From a virus: 37,124 bases of DNA. Position 1 is the first letter of the stretch. The number at the start of each line of letters is the position of its first letter. A program made the position numbers and the translations under genes. The stretch lies in the IMG/VR virus record IMGVR_UViG_3300021962_000013. The stretch is one strand, 5' to 3'. The notes under the pieces are model-generated. The model searched no databases, was not told where the DNA came from, and saw nothing but the letters and a program-made list of their open reading frames with translations. This document shows, one piece after another, positions 33,506 to 37,124 of the stretch.

Positions 33506-35326
33506 ATGACAACGCTCCAACGAGCGAGCCTTTGGCTTTCCAAGGTTCCTCCAGCCATCTCCGGATCCGGTGGTCACAACGCCACCTACACCGCCGCAGT
33601 CGGTCTCGTCCACGGCTTCGGCCTCTCCCATGTGGATAGCCTCACGCTCCTCGAAGACTGGAACAAATCCTGCCAGCCACCGTGGAAGGCCACAGAGCTG
33701 GCCTACAAGCTCCGGGAAGCCTCGTCCCGCGCTCACAATAAGCCTAGGGGCCATCTGCTCGAAGCCGGGGGATCATCACCCTCCGGGTCATTCGACATCA
33801 GCAGGGTGACATTCAAGAAGCCGGTGGCCGATGCCCCGGTGCCCGTTCCATCGCTCAGCCCCGTCGCTCCCGATCCCCAAGCCAGCGAGTTCCGGCGGTT
33901 CATGCAGACCGCGTTCGCCGCGACCGAGGTCGTCTGCATCTGCGACGCCGTCGAGGAGGGTAGGCCAGTCAGTGCCGGCTCCTTCATCACCATCGAGGAA
34001 TGGCTCAACCGCTTCGATGATCCACAGTCCCGCATCCTCTCACCCGAGCGCGAGGGGATCTTCGTCCGCATCAACCCCTTCAAGCCCAACCTCTACAGCG
34101 GCAGCGACAACGATGTCAGCGCGTACCGCCATGTCCTCGTCGAGTTCGATGATCTACCCAAGGCCGAGCAGGAACAACGCCTCCGGGACTCTGGCCTACC
34201 CATCACCGTTCTCATCGACTCCGGTGGCAAGTCCATCCACGGCTGGGTACGGGTCGATGCTCCATCCCGCAAGGAATGGGACGCCCGCCGGGATCTCATC
34301 TACGCCGCCATCCCCGGCATCGATGCCAAGAACAAGAACCCGTCGCGCTACTCCCGCCTCCCCGGCGCATGGCGCAGCCCGACATCCCAGCAACGGCTGC
34401 TGGCCACCAGCCTCGGTGCCGCATCCTGGGAGGATTGGCTCACCAACCGCGAGACCGATGATGATCAGTCCACCATCGTCACCGTCAAAGACCTCCTAGA
34501 CTTCGATCCGGCCAATGATCCGGACAACCTCATCGGCAATCGATGGATCACCCGCGGCTCCTCCATGATCATCAGCGGCGGTACCGGCATCGGGAAGTCC
34601 AGCCTTATGATGCAGATCATCACCCAGTGGTGCCTCGGCCTCGACTTCTTTGGCATCGCGCCGATCAAGCCGTTGAAGATCGGAGTCATCCAAGCCGAGA
34701 ACGATCGCGGTGATCTCTCCGAAGCCTTCCGCGGGGTGATTAACAAGCGCGTCAGTATTGAGCAGATGCGCCAGCTTCACTCCAACCTGGAGTTCCGAAC
34801 CGAGACCGTCCGCACCGGCGAGCAGTTCTTGGCCTACGCCCGCCGCTTCATCCACAAGTCCAAGCTCGATCTCATCATCGCCGATCCCCTGTTCTCCTAC
34901 TTCGGGGGCGACCTGAGCGATCAGTCCGAGGTCAGCGTGTTCCTTCGCAACAAGCTCCAGCCAATCCTCCACGAGACAAAGGTCGCTTGGATCTGGATGC
35001 ACCATGTCGCCAAGCCCCAGCGCAAGGATGGCGGCGAACCACTCACCACCATGGAACTGGCCCACTCAGGGTTCGGATCCAGCGAACTCGCCAACTGGGC
35101 GCGGGAGATAGCCGTTCTCCATGAAGTAGGCCAATCAAAGCCTAGACGCTTCCAGTTAGCCTTCTGCAAGCGGGGCGGGAGGATCGGACTCCCTTCCCCT
35201 ATTCTCAACCTTCAGCACTCAGCCACCGGAATCCAGTGGGAGGAGTGCAACCCCCTCGCGTTCACTGGGGCGGAACTGAAGAAGGAGAAGAAGCCTTCTT
35301 ATCCTCGTCGAGGGCGGCGAGCATAG
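33506..35326 (+). CDS. PriCT-like / AEP primase-polymerase / RecA-like (AAA_25, RepA/DnaB-type) helicase fusion
   Basis: The N-terminus SGSGGHNATYTAAVGLVHGFGLS...LLEDWN..CQPPW is PriCT-like. AEP motifs are VLVEFDD and DSGGKSIHGW. Walker A is GGTGIGKS and Walker B is LDLIIADPL. Confidence 0.85.
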   Translation: MTTLQRASLWLSKVPPAISGSGGHNATYTAAVGLVHGFGLSHVDSLTLLEDWNKSCQPPWKATELAYKLREASSRAHNKPRGHLLEAGGSSPSGSFDISRVTFKKPVADAPVPVPSLSPVAPDPQASEFRRFMQTAFAATEVVCICDAVEEGRPVSAGSFITIEEWLNRFDDPQSRILSPEREGIFVRINPFKPNLYSGSDNDVSAYRHVLVEFDDLPKAEQEQRLRDSGLPITVLIDSGGKSIHGWVRVDAPSRKEWDARRDLIYAAIPGIDAKNKNPSRYSRLPGAWRSPTSQQRLLATSLGAASWEDWLTNRETDDDQSTIVTVKDLLDFDPANDPDNLIGNRWITRGSSMIISGGTGIGKSSLMMQIITQWCLGLDFFGIAPIKPLKIGVIQAENDRGDLSEAFRGVINKRVSIEQMRQLHSNLEFRTETVRTGEQFLAYARRFIHKSKLDLIIADPLFSYFGGDLSDQSEVSVFLRNKLQPILHETKVAWIWMHHVAKPQRKDGGEPLTTMELAHSGFGSSELANWAREIAVLHEVGQSKPRRFQLAFCKRGGRIGLPSPILNLQHSATGIQWEECNPLAFTGAELKKEKKPSYPRRGRRA

Positions 35327-35939
35327 CCTTCAACCATTCATCCTTCTCGATTGTAGCGCGGGCCATCTTCATAGCCTCACGGGCTTCGGTGGCCCTTTTC
35401 TGTATCTCGATGACATCGGGATCAACGTCCTCATCTTCAGGCTGCGGTTCAGGCTGCGCCCTGCCACCGGACCTCCTCCTCACGCTACCAGCCAGCTTCT
35501 TGCGTACCTCGCTTTTCAGCGCAGCAAGGTCACGCTTCAACTCCAGTATCGCAGCACTCAGCAAGGCAATCTTGTCCTTCTCCTCGGGCGGCATCCAATC
35601 ACACCCACGCCACTGGCGATTGATACGATCAAACACCAATACCCCGCTCTTGATATTCCGCATCGAATTGAACGCCCGGATCGAGCGGCCAAGATCCGAG
35701 TTCATGCTCTCCATTATGTGGGCCAAAACCTCCGACTTGGCAGGGTCGATGTCATGCCTCATCGGGGGCATCAACCGGAACGTTGCGCGGAGGGTGGAAC
35801 CGTTGTCTAAGTAACTCATGGGAACCAAAGATAACTCATCCCAAAACCCGGTGTCAAAATAATAAGAGTGAAATCCGAACACGCTCACCAGAAAGTTAGC
35901 ATACCCTCCCGCTATCTCCCCTAAAAGGGAGTATTTCAC
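35262..35939 (-). CDS. Hypothetical protein, charged coiled-coil C-terminal half; start unresolved (GTG 35939 or ATG 35819)
   Basis: The minus-frame product has protein-like composition, unlike the S-rich plus-frame ORF 35236..35814. Its 3' end overlaps the primase-helicase gene by 65 nt, in convergent orientation. Confidence 0.55.
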   Translation of the reverse strand: MKYSLLGEIAGGYANFLVSVFGFHSYYFDTGFWDELSLVPMSYLDNGSTLRATFRLMPPMRHDIDPAKSEVLAHIMESMNSDLGRSIRAFNSMRNIKSGVLVFDRINRQWRGCDWMPPEEKDKIALLSAAILELKRDLAALKSEVRKKLAGSVRRRSGGRAQPEPQPEDEDVDPDVIEIQKRATEAREAMKMARATIEKDEWLKAMLAALDEDKKASSPSSVPPQ

Positions 35940-35956
35940 TCCCTTAAAAGGGAGTC

Positions 35957-36017
35957 GAAAAATGCATCGCCGCTACGCTCTGGGGGACTGACGCCCCCCG
36001 CGGCGGCGGCATTTTTC
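35957..36017. terminator. Long three-helix hairpin flanked by an A-tract and a T-tract (bidirectional terminator-like)
   Basis: GAAAAATGC/GCATTTTTC (9 bp), GCCGC/GCGGC (5 bp) and GGGGG-actgacg-CCCCC (5 bp), read directly. Confidence 0.35.
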
Positions 36018-36164
36018 GATGACCCCCCACTGATTGCGAAGTACCAGTTTGGAAGCGAGGGGAGGATGGCGATTGCTGGAGCGGAAAGGGGTCGCCAGCG
36101 CGTCGGAGGGGTCGAAGTGAATGCGCGTTCATTCCGGGGGTATCGGACGCTTAGAAACGAAAAG

Positions 36165-36184
36165 CCCCGGATGGGGGTCCGGGG
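36165..36184 (-). terminator. Intrinsic terminator for gene 36224..36511
   Basis: CCCCGGA-tggggg-TCCGGGG. On the minus strand the hairpin is followed by CTTTTCGTTTC, about 40 nt after the stop codon. Confidence 0.5.
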
Positions 36185-36223
36185 GTCGCTTGGAGGGGGG
36201 AGATGGGGGTGATTGGCCTACTA

Positions 36224-36511
36224 CTACTCTGGGTATGGTTCGCCAGGGTGGGATTGAGCGTGTTCGGCAAACTTGGCGTAGGCTCGGAGATCGACGTAGT
36301 TGTCCGCGTGGAAGACTCGGGCCGATCTCTGGAGCTTGAAGCTGGCCATCATCAGTTCCACCAGATGAGGAGGAAGCGGAGCGGGTAGTGTGATACCGAA
36401 GTGTTGCTGGATAAGTCCGGTCCACGCCAGACCGATATTACGATGACTGTGGTGCGGTTCTCCGTATACGGTTCCGCGCTGCTGGATGGTTTCAGTTACA
36501 ATGTCGCTCAT
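36224..36511 (-). CDS. DUF6378-like small phage protein (95 aa)
   Basis: QRGTVYGEP...NIGLAWTGL...L.PHLVELMMASFKLQRSARVFHADNYVDLRAYA matches my recollection of the R..YG...W...V.LMM...K..R..H.D...D..GYA family. Confidence 0.65.
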   Translation of the reverse strand: MSDIVTETIQQRGTVYGEPHHSHRNIGLAWTGLIQQHFGITLPAPLPPHLVELMMASFKLQRSARVFHADNYVDLRAYAKFAEHAQSHPGEPYPE

Positions 36512-36522
36512 AGGCGCTACAC

Positions 36523-36657
36523 CTACCGCACCATCTCCCTCGTGGTCAAGAGGGAAAATACCGCACCATGAAGATTTCCTGTACCCCGGTTTCCGAATTC
36601 TGATTTCGGATTTCTGAAATCCGTATGGCGTATGGGGGATCCGGAATACCGCACCAT
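36523..36657. repeat. Three direct copies of TACCGCACCAT (36523, 36559, 36647); iteron- or operator-like
   Basis: Read directly. All copies share one orientation, and there is a 9/11 inverted copy at 36449..36459 inside the adjacent gene. Confidence 0.65.
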
Positions 36658-36896
36658 CTATTCGCGGGGCGCGGGGATGATCCCGAAACAGATTTCGGGA
36701 TGATCGGGCGGGGTGTAACGGGGTGGGACATGGGGTGTCGTACCTCGGGGTTCTATGTAAATAGAGGGGTGGGACATTGGATGTCCTAGGGGGGGGTCAA
36801 CCTGGCGAAGTGTTAAATCGAAAGTGACCAGTGACAAGCGACCGGACTAGGAAGGACAAGCGGGCGGGCGGGCGGTACCCTATGGGCAACAAAAAA

Positions 36897-36920
36897 CCCC
36901 GCAGGCGTCAACCTACGGGG
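36897..36920 (-). terminator. Strong intrinsic terminator of the leftward operon (reached across the circular junction)
   Basis: CCCCGCAGG-cgtcaa-CCTACGGGG (8/9 bp) is preceded on the plus strand by AAAAAA (36891..36896), which is a U6 tract after the hairpin on the minus strand. It lies about 105 nt downstream of the stop at position 29. Confidence 0.65.
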
Positions 36921-36997
36921 TCTGGTGGGGACTTCTATGTTAGTTGCCGGCTAGGGCCGAAAGGAGGAGGAGCAAAGTGAAAAGGAGGCAAAGGGCA

Positions 36998-37124
36998 AGG
37001 TAACCTAGGACACGGAGCAATGGCTTCACTTCAGCTTCCTTCCATCGATCGTGTCCACACGGTATTTGACGCTAGGCTTGGTGACCATCGCCTGAACGCC
37101 GTCCCAGCACGGAGCGCAAATCGC
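36998..37124. repeat. Terminal direct repeat copy 2 (identical to 1..127)
   Basis: See copy 1. Positions 37026..37124 duplicate the 3' end of gene 29..286 and are not a separate gene. Confidence 0.95.

Noticed and set aside
33831-34499. 222-aa alternative-frame ORF inside the primase-helicase gene
   Set aside because: It is a S/P/A-rich shadow frame. The annotated frame carries the AEP and Walker motifs.
35236-35814. 192-aa plus-strand ORF opposite gene 35262..35939
   Set aside because: The product is serine-rich with low complexity, and the ORF starts inside the primase-helicase gene. The minus frame gives a balanced, coiled-coil-containing protein. The call stays tentative because neither frame has homology evidence.
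35944-36425. Short ORFs in the G-rich spacer (35944..36132 minus, 36121..36339 plus, 36129..36425 minus, 36203..36388 plus)
   Set aside because: The translations are P/R/S/G-rich and driven by G/C homopolymer runs. They overlap terminator hairpins or the better-supported gene 36224..36511.
36523-36657. Possible CRISPR array from the TACCGCACCAT repeats
   Set aside because: The repeats are only 11 nt long, there are three copies, the spacing is irregular (36 and 88 nt), and no cas genes are present. They are not a CRISPR array.
36546-36731. 61-aa minus-strand ORF in the repeat hub
   Set aside because: It is composed of the repeats and dyads themselves. The product is Pro/Ser/Arg-rich, and it has no RBS.
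35940-36997. tRNA or other canonical RNA genes in the non-coding kilobase
   Set aside because: I could not fold any ~75-nt cloverleaf with acceptor and anticodon stems. The hairpins seen are better explained as terminators or dyad sites. A covariance-model scan (tRNAscan-SE/Infernal) would be the decisive check.
36977-37003. Mini-ORF (GTG + 7 codons) behind a very strong AGGAGGAGGAG SD-like tract on the plus strand
   Set aside because: It is too short to evaluate. The purine tract is the 3' UTR complement of the leftward operon and probably incidental.

Overview
The first 127 nt and the last 127 nt of the window are identical, so this is one closed, about 36,997-bp dsDNA tailed-phage genome with podovirus-like gene order. 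It holds about 60 tightly packed genes and no cellular flanks. The layout is as follows. (i) A rightward morphogenesis block (1.5-25.8 kb) carries TerS, TerL, portal, scaffold and major capsid genes, then small head/tail genes, two fibre-like genes flanking a small membrane-protein cluster, adaptor/nozzle-like genes, and four large internal-protein candidates ending in a 1794-aa giant. (ii) A rightward early/replication block (25.9-35.3 kb) starts with an excisionase-family HTH protein and continues with a RecT-like annealase, a RecE-type PD-(D/E)XK exonuclease, a DUF669-like protein, an SF2 helicase and a RuvC-like resolvase. It then has an array of tiny stop/start-coupled genes, a sigma-region-4 + RNAP-alpha-CTD-like protein and a PriCT/AEP-primase/RecA-like-helicase fusion. 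(iii) Leftward genes lie at 35.3-36.5 kb, plus a Cys-rich four-gene operon at 0.03-1.4 kb that terminates across the circular junction. (iv) About 1 kb of highly structured non-coding DNA contains iteron-like repeats, dyads, G-runs and intrinsic terminators. I recognised no tRNA, rRNA, CRISPR array, integrase, DNA polymerase, RNA polymerase or endolysin. All family names come from motif recognition by eye and memory, because no searches were run. The most interesting items are the giant HExxH-bearing virion protein, the early cassette array joined by a conserved 18-nt stop/start junction, the sigma4/alphaCTD chimera, the Cys-rich leftward operon, the structured non-coding hub and several sharp compositional mosaics.
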